A DNA stretch of 64,000 bases from an uncultured Chloroflexia bacterium (GCA_963743005.1 CAVUNY010000006.1:109976-173975); one strand, 5' to 3'. Positions 27,985 to 37,829 are shown, counted from the stretch's first letter. The notes: generated by a model not told the origin, from the sequence alone. Made by a program: numbers and translations.

Positions 27985-29820
27985 TCAGAAGCGCACCATC
28001 TGATTCTCTTGATCCAGGTTTGCTGCCTTTTTCAGCGAAGTTATCGCCTGGTCCAATTCATTTTTATCATACAGCGCCATCCCCAGGAGCATGTGGGCCT
28101 CCGCGGAGGACGGGTCGCTGACGACTGCCTGCTGGTAGGCGGCAATCTCTTCATCTAATTCCCCCCGGTCTTCATAAATATATCCCAGCCCCACGTAGGC
28201 ATCATATTCACGTTTATCAAATTCCAGCACCTTGCGGAAGTTGCTCTCGGCTTTTTCCAGGTCGCCCAGATCGTATGCCACCCATCCCAAGCCGAGATAG
28301 GCATAGGTATATGCCGGATCCAGCTGGATAGTGGCTTCCAATTCCTGCTCGGCTTTTTCAAGTTGATCGTCAAAATAATAAATTCTGCCCAACTCGTAAT
28401 GCGTGGCAGCTCGGTTGGGGTCCAGTTCGAGCGAGCGGGTGTATTGGGCGATGGCCTGCTGGTTGTCATCCAGTTGGTAATAGGCCCAGCCCATTTCAGC
28501 GTAAGCCAGCGCATAGTGTTGGTCTAACTGAACAGCAATTTTATATTCGGAGAGCGCTTTTTCATAGTCTTCGTTGTTTGTCCATTCGATACCCTGAATG
28601 TAGTGGTCGCGCGCCTCGATAAAATCCACCAGCGATTGCTGCGGGAAAACAAACAGCAGGCCGACCAGGCCGATAAACGCGGCAAACGGCGCCATTTTTC
28701 CAAACCTTAAGGAAGTCGGATTATTCCAATCATTTTGCCTCTGGGAACGGATTTCTTTGAGCAGCTTTTCCCAATGCAGATAAGGCCACGCGGCCACAAC
28801 CAACACCGCGGGAAAGATAAGTGGAAAGGCTGTCAAGAGGAGATGGTGAAAAAAGTTCCAGAACTCTATCCAACGCAGGTTCTGCGGTATTTCTAACAGG
28901 CCACCCCGGGTGAACACGGACCAGAGCATATTCCAAAATGCTGCCCCTGTCGGTAAAATCGGCTGGTCCTGGAGGATATTCAGGAAATTGCCAATCTGGC
29001 GCCCTTCCAGAAAGCTGTAAGCCGCCACGATTCCGCTCAGAAATGCCATTCCGAGGATCAGGATCGGGTTTTGATACGGGTGGCTCTCCAGTACTTTCTC
29101 CTGGATCTGGCGTAAAACAAAGATCACAACCAGGCTGATGACTGCCAACGGCATCCACAGCAGCAGTGGACCGAGGAAGATGATCTGATATCCGGTGGGA
29201 AGGTCAAAGACCTTATCTGCGTAATACGAAACAAAACCTGCCAGCCCGCTCAACAGGATCGCACCGGCAAACAGCCAGGGAGGACTAAAACGATTATATG
29301 AGTTAGATCCGGGCAGCGCATGGTAACGGCCAATCTCCTGCCGGCTCCAGAGGTCATCGACAAACTGCAAGCTACCTTCCAGGCAGCGTAAGGCGCCTGC
29401 ATTCAGGCCGCGTTCTTCATGCGCCTCCGCCAGGCTGCGCAGCAGCTTGACGTTGGATAATTTGCGCATCACCGACCCTTTTGCCAGGCGAAAGAGGGTT
29501 TGGGGAGTGTAGATCAGGCCAAACGGGAAACCGAGCCATCCGAAAGTGCCGCTGATGATCGCTGCCAGTAGCAGATAAAACGTGCGATGCTTCAGACACC
29601 AGCGGCCATGGAATTCCTTCCGGAAAGTTATGAAAATGAAGCTGAACACATATGGGTAGATCACCTGCCTGACCGAATCATCGTGGCAGCCGCATTTCTG
29701 GCAGGTAAGCGCCATGGAAAAGGGGGTATCGGAGGGTACAGTCATGATTCCAGCAGCATCCCTGAAGCTTTGATTGACGATTGATTTCCCGCCCAAACTA
29801 CGCCATCTCCGCCAACCCAT
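27985..29820 (-). CDS. Membrane protein with an N-terminal zinc-ribbon-like motif, polytopic region and C-terminal TPR array.
   Basis: A CQKCGC motif is followed by hydrophobic segments and a C-terminal run of TPR units with W-rich repeats. The start is uncertain (29820 or 29745). Confidence 0.55.
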   Translation of the reverse strand: MGWRRWRSLGGKSIVNQSFRDAAGIMTVPSDTPFSMALTCQKCGCHDDSVRQVIYPYVFSFIFITFRKEFHGRWCLKHRTFYLLLAAIISGTFGWLGFPFGLIYTPQTLFRLAKGSVMRKLSNVKLLRSLAEAHEERGLNAGALRCLEGSLQFVDDLWSRQEIGRYHALPGSNSYNRFSPPWLFAGAILLSGLAGFVSYYADKVFDLPTGYQIIFLGPLLLWMPLAVISLVVIFVLRQIQEKVLESHPYQNPILILGMAFLSGIVAAYSFLEGRQIGNFLNILQDQPILPTGAAFWNMLWSVFTRGGLLEIPQNLRWIEFWNFFHHLLLTAFPLIFPAVLVVAAWPYLHWEKLLKEIRSQRQNDWNNPTSLRFGKMAPFAAFIGLVGLLFVFPQQSLVDFIEARDHYIQGIEWTNNEDYEKALSEYKIAVQLDQHYALAYAEMGWAYYQLDDNQQAIAQYTRSLELDPNRAATHYELGRIYYFDDQLEKAEQELEATIQLDPAYTYAYLGLGWVAYDLGDLEKAESNFRKVLEFDKREYDAYVGLGYIYEDRGELDEEIAAYQQAVVSDPSSAEAHMLLGMALYDKNELDQAITSLKKAANLDQENQMVRF

Positions 29821-29906
29821 CTGAGATGGGCATGCTCCAGCGTACAGGTTTATTTTACATGAAGAATGGTTAAATTTACCCTTACAGCCTCCTTGCTAAA
29901 GGCGTA

Positions 29907-30365
29907 TTATTTTGTCGGCCGTTCCAGCAGCCGGTTGGTCAGGGCCGGGCCGACGATCATTACCAGCGAGGCGATCGAGCGGCCGGTTTGGGTAACCGCG
30001 AATACATCGGCATAACCGACCGAAGCGCAGGTGGCGATGTAATAGAATGCGTCGACATAACTGTTGATTTTGGGGTTGGAAGCCTTTTCTGCGGTATAAA
30101 AAGCCAGCGCCGCTGTGGCCAAAAACTCGAAAGCCGCATCCACCGGGCGGCGTTCAGTCCAATTCAGGACCTGGTTTTCCAGCCCTGCTTTTCGGGTCAG
30201 CAGTCCTTGCACGATATGGCTGACATCTTCGCCAGAAATCCCCAGCCAGGTTTTCAAGGCGTCTGGTTTTTCCGGCACCGGGCGGCTCTGAAGCAGCGCC
30301 GTTAAATCTGCCAGAGCGTTTTCTTGTTCGGCTGTGATTCTCGCTGCCATTGATGTTTTCAGCAT
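29907..30365 (-). CDS. Minimal two-TM K+-channel-like (Ion_trans_2-like) protein with a non-canonical filter SVGYAD.
   Basis: An AAAGAGG RBS precedes the ATG at 30365. TM1, a pore helix YYIATCASVGYADV and TM2 are present. Confidence 0.5.
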   Translation of the reverse strand: MLKTSMAARITAEQENALADLTALLQSRPVPEKPDALKTWLGISGEDVSHIVQGLLTRKAGLENQVLNWTERRPVDAAFEFLATAALAFYTAEKASNPKINSYVDAFYYIATCASVGYADVFAVTQTGRSIASLVMIVGPALTNRLLERPTK

Positions 30366-30420
30366 GGTTTGCCTCTTTCTAATTTTGCCTGCCCGGCGCC
30401 AGCGGCTGGGGAGGGGTGCA

Positions 30421-30981
30421 TCATGTTTGGCCGGTTTTTCGCCGGGCAAGCTCTTCTTCCAGGCCCGCCAGGAGCCGATCGATTTCGCGGTGGGCAGCGG
30501 CCAGGTTTTCGAGCGTTCTGGCGTCTTGCTTGCGCTTGGAAAGGTCGGCGATCTGGCGGTTGGTCTGGTCTGCGCGTTCTTGGATTCGTTCCATCACCTG
30601 CCGGGCATCCGCGGTGATCTGCGTCTGCTCCTGCCAACGCCGCGTAAGGTCTTCGAACTGCTTTGCCTTCTGAAATTTCTCGCGCACCATGCGGCGGGCC
30701 TGCTCGTCCTCGCCGCGCAGCAGCGCATGGTCAATGGCATTTTCAAGGGCAGCCAGTTCCGCGGCCGCCACAGCCCGTTCAGCCTCGCTCACTCTCTGGC
30801 GTTCTTCCAGACGGGCAACTTCCGGCGCCAGCCCATCCAGATAGGTCTGAATGGGCTGCAGGATGGAACCGCCCAGGAGCATCGTCTCACTTTCCTTGAG
30901 GTCATTTTCCCCAAACAGATCGTGCAGCAGGACCCGGGCGGCCCATCTGATTCTTTGCCATGCAAGCTGCCAGGCGTTCAT
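30421..30981 (-). CDS. PspA/IM30-family coiled-coil protein.
   Basis: The start overlaps the flotillin stop (ATGA). The coiled-coil core ALLRGEDEQARRMVREKFQKAKQFEDL resembles E. coli PspA [23 protein letters not shown]. Confidence 0.55.
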   Translation of the reverse strand: MNAWQLAWQRIRWAARVLLHDLFGENDLKESETMLLGGSILQPIQTYLDGLAPEVARLEERQRVSEAERAVAAAELAALENAIDHALLRGEDEQARRMVREKFQKAKQFEDLTRRWQEQTQITADARQVMERIQERADQTNRQIADLSKRKQDARTLENLAAAHREIDRLLAGLEEELARRKTGQT

Positions 30982-33023
30982 GCCGGGGTACTGGCCCGCA
31001 GGTACAGCTCTTCGAATGGCAGATCGTTAATCAGCGGTAAAACGGCCAGCGCTTTTTTAGCTTTTTCAACCAGCGCTTGATCTTGCCCAGAGACCTCATC
31101 CGCTAACGCAGCCAGAACTTCTTTAACGCTCATTTTGGCCAGGTCTTCAATTTCAAAGGTTTTTTCAACCAGTTTCACAAAGGCCGGCACCATCTCGGCC
31201 AGTTCGGCCAGGCCGACAGAATGGCCGTCTCCATTGCCGCCCTGCGCCACAACCGGCGTGGGGTTCGTCATCCGGCCAATCAAGCTGCGGCCCATTTCCT
31301 GGAGCGGCTGGGGTGCGGCTTTGATCACCTCACCCAACCCATCCGAAAATGTCACCAACCGCAGCAGGCTGGCGGCCGCATTCGGATCGCCGATCAGCTT
31401 CAGATCCATCGAGGCCACTGCTTTACCAAAGGCATCGGCGCGGGCAATCTCGATCCGCATTTTGGCATCCAGCTCGAGCCGGACTAATTCCACCCGCTGG
31501 GCCACGCCGTCGAAGGCGGCCAGGGCTTCGGCCCGGGCCTTCTCACTGTCGGCTTCGGCCAGACCTCGTGCCCGGATCGCTTCTGCTTCGCGCATCGCGG
31601 CTTCTGCTTTTGCTTTCATCACATCTGCTTCGGCCAGGCCGGCCGCGGAAGTGCGGGCCTTGGTCCCTTCGGCCCGCAGCTTTTCGGCTTCTACCTCGGC
31701 CTGGGCCTGAGTTCGTAAGGTCTCAGCCTGCTTAATCGCCGCATCGGCCTGGGCATTGGCCGTTTCATTCAACGCTTTGGCTTGCGCCTCGGCCTCGCGC
31801 TGTTTGCGCATCGCGTCTAATTCGATTTTGTTCTGCTGTTCAATGACCACCTTTTTAGCTTCTCGTTCAGCCTGGATCACCTGGATCTGGGCTTCACGCT
31901 GGGCCTGTTGGGTGGCCTCAATCGTTTTAAGCGCCTGGTTAGCCTGTTCGCGCTCGGCCGAAACCAGCAGGCGTTCTTTTTCTGCCGTCTCGCGTTTCTG
32001 CTGCTCCTGCAGCACCATGATCTGGCGCTGCTGTTCGGCCAACTCGATGGTCTGCTGGCGGATCACTTCGGTCCGGGCGACCTCTTGAGCCTTACGCTCG
32101 TTTTGGATGGCTAATTCCTGGTCGCGTTCCAATTCCGAGAGGGCGACGGCCCGCTCTTTGGCAATCCGAGCCAGCTCCTCCTTCTGGTTTTCTTCGAACT
32201 CTTTCTGGGCGGCCATGGCCCTTTCGACCGCCTGGATGGAACGCACTTCGCGCTCCTGGGTAACCGAGGCCAGGGCCAGCTGGCGATCCAACTCCAGGCG
32301 CTGCTTGGAAGCCTCGGTATCCCGTGTCTTGATCTCAATTTCCGCCGTACGTTCGATTTCGTTGCGTTCGCGCAGCGCTTGTTGGATCACCTGGGCGTTA
32401 GCCCGCGCCACCTGTGCGCCGAACACGTCGTCCGTACCGAAGGAGCCCTGGCGGGCGGCTCGCAGGGTAAGGATCGAGACGGATTCGAGCATCAAACCGT
32501 TCTCTTCCAGATCGGTCTTCAGCCGGTTCTGGACCTCCTGAATGAAATGTTCGCGTTCCTGGTGAAGGCTCATCAAAGTAAAGCTGGCAGCCACGTCACG
32601 CAGCGCGCCATCCAGCTTGGCATCCACCAGCTGCTTGACCGCGTTCGCGTCGACCTGCTTGCCGCCGATGGTGCGGGCAGCGTCGACGATCCCTTCCATG
32701 GTCGGATTAACTTTGATGTAGAAAATTGCCTTGATGTCGGCGTACTGCGGGTCGATGGTCAACAGCGCATTCTGCTCAGTACGCTCAATTTCAATCGCCA
32801 TCGTGCCCAGATCGACCCAGGTGATTTCGTGAATACTCTTGAATACCCATGCGCCGCCGTTCATCACCACCTTGGGTGGGTTGTTGGTTTTTCCCGAAAA
32901 TCCGCCCGTGCGGACAAAGGCACGGTTGGCCGGGGTCTTGACGTAAGCGTGGATAATCGAGCGGGCCAATACCAGCAGGATCATAACCACTAATAAAGCA
33001 GCGACAAGAAAAATCCATTCCAT
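30978..33023 (-). CDS. Flotillin family (SPFH/band-7) protein.
   Basis: An N-terminal TM and SPFH domain are followed by a long EA/Q-rich coiled coil. The protein is 681 aa. Confidence 0.85.
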   Translation of the reverse strand: MEWIFLVAALLVVMILLVLARSIIHAYVKTPANRAFVRTGGFSGKTNNPPKVVMNGGAWVFKSIHEITWVDLGTMAIEIERTEQNALLTIDPQYADIKAIFYIKVNPTMEGIVDAARTIGGKQVDANAVKQLVDAKLDGALRDVAASFTLMSLHQEREHFIQEVQNRLKTDLEENGLMLESVSILTLRAARQGSFGTDDVFGAQVARANAQVIQQALRERNEIERTAEIEIKTRDTEASKQRLELDRQLALASVTQEREVRSIQAVERAMAAQKEFEENQKEELARIAKERAVALSELERDQELAIQNERKAQEVARTEVIRQQTIELAEQQRQIMVLQEQQKRETAEKERLLVSAEREQANQALKTIEATQQAQREAQIQVIQAEREAKKVVIEQQNKIELDAMRKQREAEAQAKALNETANAQADAAIKQAETLRTQAQAEVEAEKLRAEGTKARTSAAGLAEADVMKAKAEAAMREAEAIRARGLAEADSEKARAEALAAFDGVAQRVELVRLELDAKMRIEIARADAFGKAVASMDLKLIGDPNAAASLLRLVTFSDGLGEVIKAAPQPLQEMGRSLIGRMTNPTPVVAQGGNGDGHSVGLAELAEMVPAFVKLVEKTFEIEDLAKMSVKEVLAALADEVSGQDQALVEKAKKALAVLPLINDLPFEELYLRASTPA

Positions 33024-33085
33024 TGCATACCTCCAGTTGATAAGATCAGGATACGATTGGGACGTTGGTCCCAGTTAGTTTGAGT

Positions 33086-33853
33086 TCAGCCCGGTTGGCT
33101 GGTGTGAATCACGGTATATAGATGTTTTTCCGGATCGTAATTGATGAGAATTACCTCCTCACCGCGGCGGATGGGCTGCTCTGCCTGGGTAACGGCGAAC
33201 ACGCTGATCAGTGTGCCAGCCGCGTCCCGCAGATGGACCATCCCGTAGCGTTGGTCGACAAACGGGCTGATCACGGTCCCTCGCCGGCCGACCATGGCAT
33301 GGGCTGATGTGACGGTGGTGCTGACCGGGGGAAGGGTCCGGCCAATCGCCCGGGCGATACGTGAACTGACCAGGCTGCCCAATCCCAGGGAGACCGCCAG
33401 CGCGGCTGCCATGATTGGAACCGGGTAGGTGCCGAGAACTCTGACGGCAAATCCATTGAAGATCCAACCGGTCAGCCCCACCGAGCCGAACAGCAGCAGC
33501 AAGGTCACCAGCAGCGGCGCTCGCCCTACACCCAGGTAAGCCAGGATCGAAAAGCCCAATTCTGCGGCGGTTTCACCGGCGGAATGGACGTCACCCGTTT
33601 CTCCCAGGTCTAAATCGTGATCCAGATGACCCTCCAGGTCATGATCCAAATCGCCATCCAGATCGTGATCCAATTCATGGTCAAAGTCGCCATCCAGGTC
33701 GTGATCCAGGTCCCCCTCCGCCTCAGAGTCCGGATCGTGATCGCCGCCCAGGCCAATCCACTGCAGAGCCGCCATCAGCAGGCATACCGCCAGCAGAAAG
33801 GTGAACGGCAGGTTATACCAGGCCAGCATAAAGGTCAGGATTGTAGACAACAT
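33086..33853 (-). CDS. NfeD-family membrane protein (flotillin partner, YuaF/YqiJ-like) with an internal (DHDL)n acidic His-rich repeat.
   Basis: TM segments and a C-terminal OB-fold-like region are present. Residues about 38-88 are DLDHDLDGDFDHELDHDLDGDLDHDLEGHLDHDLDL. Confidence 0.7.
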   Translation of the reverse strand: MLSTILTFMLAWYNLPFTFLLAVCLLMAALQWIGLGGDHDPDSEAEGDLDHDLDGDFDHELDHDLDGDLDHDLEGHLDHDLDLGETGDVHSAGETAAELGFSILAYLGVGRAPLLVTLLLLFGSVGLTGWIFNGFAVRVLGTYPVPIMAAALAVSLGLGSLVSSRIARAIGRTLPPVSTTVTSAHAMVGRRGTVISPFVDQRYGMVHLRDAAGTLISVFAVTQAEQPIRRGEEVILINYDPEKHLYTVIHTSQPG

Positions 33854-34035
33854 GATATAGCAGCCTTCCTTTCACCGCTTCAAGCCTGCCGGACGACCGG
33901 AGCGTGGAACAGAAAATGGATTTCTGGTTGCCAGGAACTCCGTGCAGGCAGAACCGTGCCGCCCGCCGGGGTATTCCTGGGTTTATGGGTTGATTATTCG
34001 CCGGGGTGTGCCCGGTCTAATTTGGATACGAAGAT

Positions 34036-34311
34036 TTATTTACCTGCAGGGGGCGGGAGGCCTCCGCCATGTAAATGGCGGATTTCTTCGGATTCCCTCT
34101 GGTCATCTGTCGTGGTAGAACTGGTCGGGCGGAGCGGTTTCATAGGGGGTTGAGGTTGGGTGTTGAGTTCGGGTTTCCGGAAAGCATCCAGAGTTGCCTG
34201 GCGGGTGAGCGCGTAAACCAGGTATTGGTTTAAGGAAACTCCCTCGTCGCGCGCCAGGATCTCTAATTGCTGGTGAAGTGCTTCCGGAAGCCGTACGGTC
34301 AGCCTGCCCAT
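34036..34311 (-). CDS. Ribbon-helix-helix (CopG/HicB-C-terminal-like) DNA-binding protein, antitoxin-like, with a disordered tail.
   Basis: The N-terminus MGRLTVRLPEALHQQLEILARDEGVSLNQYLVYAL is RHH-like. No partner toxin ORF is present on either side. Confidence 0.55.
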   Translation of the reverse strand: MGRLTVRLPEALHQQLEILARDEGVSLNQYLVYALTRQATLDAFRKPELNTQPQPPMKPLRPTSSTTTDDQRESEEIRHLHGGGLPPPAGK

Positions 34312-34693
34312 CCTCGTCTCCTTGAAAAACAGCTAGCATCGACTTTGAATCATTTAGTCTGTCGAATGTGACGTCAGTATAGCACCGTATATGGTGCAAA
34401 TCATTAAACGGATGACAAGGATTTGTCAATTCGCCTGCGAAGGGCCAACGCATCCCCGCTATCCGCACGACCTAAATCATGAGTGTTTTGAGTGGGCTTT
34501 GTTAAAGTAGAAAAGCTATAGTCTCATGTATCATTATGAAAGGGTGCGTCACGGCGACACATCCTTTCAAATGGGCATATATCCTTGTTCTTCCCAGGTC
34601 CCTGGAGTATAGCTTGTATCTGTCAGGTCCCAAACACCTGCCAGGAGCATAATAATTCCTTGAACACGGTGTGGTGTAATTGCGTACACCCTT

Positions 34694-35203
34694 TTATCTT
34701 CTTTGATAATATCGGCAGCAACCAATGGTTTTAAGTGGATAGACCTGTCTGGTCATGTTCGAAACCAATACATCCATTAGTTGATTGGCAGTTATGAGAT
34801 TTTTTAACAAGGCTAAAAAAATTTCTAACCTTCGGCGATTGCCCACTGATGACAATACTTTTTCGACCATCTGGTTATCGTTCTGGCGAAGCAGATAATC
34901 TGTTTGAACTACAATGGACCGAATAGATTGCATCGTAAATTCGCCTTGCCCTATGGAATAAGTGCCCGCATAGGTAACTGCGCCGCTTTCGCCATTTTCC
35001 TGGGTGTACTTTACCAACTGCGCCAATAGATCGTTAAGCTGATCACGTCCTTCCTGAGCCAATACTCGATTGCTCACTGAAGGAGTCCATGGTTCAACCC
35101 TTGGGAAAATGTTTTTTATTAAGTGCTTCTTGATGCCGCTTAGTTCCTCTTTAATAATTATAGTTTCGGGGACATCTGTCAAGAGGCTCCTGGTCTCTCT
35201 CAT
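34694..35203 (-). CDS. Hypothetical protein (169 aa) in a low-GC islet.
   Basis: It is an ORF with no recognisable motifs; the local GC is clearly below the window average. Confidence 0.4.
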   Translation of the reverse strand: MRETRSLLTDVPETIIIKEELSGIKKHLIKNIFPRVEPWTPSVSNRVLAQEGRDQLNDLLAQLVKYTQENGESGAVTYAGTYSIGQGEFTMQSIRSIVVQTDYLLRQNDNQMVEKVLSSVGNRRRLEIFLALLKNLITANQLMDVLVSNMTRQVYPLKTIGCCRYYQRR

Positions 35204-35302
35204 GAGATTGTTTAAATCGGCTTTAGCCTTATTCTGGCTAACAGATCATTGACCTGTTACATAGATAGGGCCAGGCGCTCACTTCTATTTTAAGTGATTC
35301 GC

Positions 35303-36310
35303 TTACAGTAAGGTCTTTAGAAATGCTACAACTATTATTCCAAGAGATCCGACGGCTATTCCCCATGTGAGCAGGACGCTAGGTACGATTAAAATGATTT
35401 TGTAAAAATTCGACCAGGTTAAAACGGGCTCTTTTTTAAATTCGGCCAAAAACCAGAGGATATAAGGCCAGGCTACCAGAAAAAAACCAAAACTGAAGGA
35501 AATCATTTTTACAAATAAAAGAGTTGCATTGCTGCTTGTCGGCAACACACCGAACAGGATAAAGCCAAAACTAATCAGGCCAATGATCAAAGTCTGCGGG
35601 CGCCAACCCAGTTTTTGAATGGAGAAGAAAGTATCGTTTGAAGAATTATCCGCAAACCATGTCCCTGGAAATTCGTTTACAAATGCGAGTGCCTGTTTTT
35701 TCAGCTTGCCTGGAATATGCAGAGTGATTAGGGGGTAGGGTTCTTCTTCATATCGGATCGTCATCAGGCTGTTTCGTTCACTTACCGTTAAGTTTACCCA
35801 GGCCACTTCGGTTCTTGGAATACGGATACTGTTTCGCGGTTCCCCTTTGTCTGTGCAATCTGCGACGATTAAATCGTTCTTCGTGACAGCATAGAATTTG
35901 TATTTGGTAGAATCCTGATCCAGGCCCAGGACAGCCGTGATAAGGTCTCGGTCTGGACGGATAGCTCTTGCCACCGTTAAAGACACGGCTTGATCTAAAT
36001 GGGCAGCGTTCTTAAAATGCATTGGCAAGGGGCGTGCGAGATTGGCATTGATACTGGTGATCTGGCCTCCTTTTGCCGGATGCTGCCAGACCGCTAAGCC
36101 TGCGCTATAAATCATTTGTCCCAGGTAAAGTATGCAAATCAAATACCAGATGACAAGTGAAGGAATGAGGAAGAAGCCGGTAATCGTCAAAGCCAATCCG
36201 ATCCATACGATTGCGGCTTGCTTGCGTTTCCCAAAAAACCATACAGCCAGCCCCGGAATCATTGAAAAAAAGATGGCAAATGCGGGAGTTTCGAGCCGAT
36301 TTTTGAGCAT
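35303..36310 (-). CDS. Hypothetical polytopic membrane protein (335 aa) in a low-GC islet.
   Basis: It has about 3 TM segments at the N-terminus, a soluble middle domain of about 150 aa, and 3-4 TM segments at the C-terminus. Confidence 0.45.
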   Translation of the reverse strand: MLKNRLETPAFAIFFSMIPGLAVWFFGKRKQAAIVWIGLALTITGFFLIPSLVIWYLICILYLGQMIYSAGLAVWQHPAKGGQITSINANLARPLPMHFKNAAHLDQAVSLTVARAIRPDRDLITAVLGLDQDSTKYKFYAVTKNDLIVADCTDKGEPRNSIRIPRTEVAWVNLTVSERNSLMTIRYEEEPYPLITLHIPGKLKKQALAFVNEFPGTWFADNSSNDTFFSIQKLGWRPQTLIIGLISFGFILFGVLPTSSNATLLFVKMISFSFGFFLVAWPYILWFLAEFKKEPVLTWSNFYKIILIVPSVLLTWGIAVGSLGIIVVAFLKTLL

Positions 36311-36391
36311 TGTTTAAAGGTAGATCGAATCCTGGAGAGTGAATCTGTGGTGGATAGCTACTATTTTATCAGGTCCGATAGAATTGCCCCC

Positions 36392-36883
36392 TTACTTGAT
36401 CTCCACCTCCGCTTCGATCTCTACCGGCAAATTGAACGGCAGCTCGGCCATGCCCACCGCCGAACGGGCATGCGCCCCACGTTCTGCCCCGTAGAGCTCC
36501 AGGATCAGGTCGGAAAATCCGTTGATCACCCCAGGCTGGCGGTTGAAACCCGGCGCGGAATTAACCATGCCGAAGACCCGCAGCCAGGCTGTCACCCGCT
36601 CCAGGTCGCCTAAAGCGTGCTGCAGGCTGCCCAGAATGGAAAGCGCCGTCAGGCGCGCGGATTGGTAGGCTTGCTCGGCGCTGACCTCCGCCCCGACTTT
36701 GCCGAATGGGCCTGCCAGGGAACCATCCGGGTTGCAGGGGCCATGCCCCGAAATATAGGCACGGCTGCCGCGGACCCGCACCGGGGCAAAGGGCAGGCGC
36801 ACCCCGGGCGGCACCTGTATCGCTGCCGGTAGCACCAATCCCAATTTCTGCAGGCGTTCCTCGATGGTGGCTTCGTTTGGCAT
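36392..36883 (-). CDS. RidA/YjgF-family protein.
   Basis: An AAGGAG RBS precedes the ATG at 36883. The protein has a YjgF-like C-terminal PVEIEAEVE motif. Confidence 0.65.
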   Translation of the reverse strand: MPNEATIEERLQKLGLVLPAAIQVPPGVRLPFAPVRVRGSRAYISGHGPCNPDGSLAGPFGKVGAEVSAEQAYQSARLTALSILGSLQHALGDLERVTAWLRVFGMVNSAPGFNRQPGVINGFSDLILELYGAERGAHARSAVGMAELPFNLPVEIEAEVEIK

Positions 36884-37097
36884 GGTCAATCTCCTTGAAT
36901 GATGATCGATAGTGAAATGATCACTGTTTTTCATCCTTTGTGGCCTTCGTGTTCTTTGTGGTAGGATTTTCATCCCCTATGATAAATTGTCGTCAAGAAA
37001 CCTTTCATCTAATTTAGTCATTCAAATTGCATTTCCACTGTGCTTCTGAGTCTCAGTGGTTAAATTAGCCCAGGCAGGCCATGCGCCGGGCTAACCC

Positions 37098-37829
37098 TTA
37101 CACAATCCGTCCCTTTTCCACCTCGCGGATTTCGACGATCACCGGGCAGTGGTCACTGTGCTGCAGCCAGCCCTGCGGGTCGCCGACCTGCACGTTTGCC
37201 AACCGGCGAAGCCAGCGCGAGGGGATATACACATAATCGATATGCCCGTGGCGGTCCCGTTTGCGTCCGTGGAAAAAGGTCCAGCGTTTTTCCTGCCCCT
37301 GGCGTTCGTGGTAAAACTGGTGGTAAGCGCTGATCAACCACAGGTTGTGCAGGTCCAGGGTCAGGGTGCTGTGGTTTCCCAGGCGCGATTTAGGCGTGGT
37401 CAGGGTGCTGCTGTTGAAATCGCCGATCAAGACCGTATCCGCCGCCTGGATGAATTCGCGATATGCACCGACCGCCTGGTACACCTGCCCACTGTAACTG
37501 TGGCGGTCATCTTTATGGTCCATCGCCCACACCGCGATCAGCTGAAAGGTGTAGGGCGACACCACCCGGATCGGAATGCAGTGTCGGATGGACGGGTCGT
37601 ATTCTGCCAGCGGCTCGATGGTCAGATCCGTCCAGGAGAAAACCCCCAGGCCGCGCGTTGGTTTTTCGCCGAACCACAGTATGCTCGTTGGCGGCGGCCC
37701 GCCTTTCCAGGAAATGCGGTCGGGATGCTCACATTCCTGGATCACCGCCAGATCGGGCGCCATGGCGGCGATGGGCAGAAATTTCTTTCGGAAAGCCCCC
37801 TGGCAGTTCCAGGTAACCAGCTTAATCAT
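37098..37829 (-). CDS. Endonuclease/exonuclease/phosphatase (EEP) family protein.
   Basis: The protein has MIKLVTWNCQGA… and …QECEHPD… EEP motifs. The start may be further upstream. Confidence 0.65.
   Translation of the reverse strand: MIKLVTWNCQGAFRKKFLPIAAMAPDLAVIQECEHPDRISWKGGPPPTSILWFGEKPTRGLGVFSWTDLTIEPLAEYDPSIRHCIPIRVVSPYTFQLIAVWAMDHKDDRHSYSGQVYQAVGAYREFIQAADTVLIGDFNSSTLTTPKSRLGNHSTLTLDLHNLWLISAYHQFYHERQGQEKRWTFFHGRKRDRHGHIDYVYIPSRWLRRLANVQVGDPQGWLQHSDHCPVIVEIREVEKGRIV

Noticed and set aside
33592-33742. The 12-nt periodic DNA repeat was considered as a possible CRISPR-like or VNTR array.
   Set aside because: It is in frame inside the NfeD CDS and encodes the DHDL repeat. There are no spacers and no cas genes. 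No CRISPR array is present anywhere in the window.
33854-34035. I searched for a small toxin ORF partnering the RHH gene.
   Set aside because: The minus strand of this 182 nt segment contains no ATG or GTG start at all, and upstream is AT-rich non-coding. The RHH gene is treated as an orphan.
34103-34468. A 121 aa minus-strand ORF overlapping the RHH gene.
   Set aside because: It is in a different frame overlapping a gene with clear RHH homology. It is low-complexity and probably spurious.
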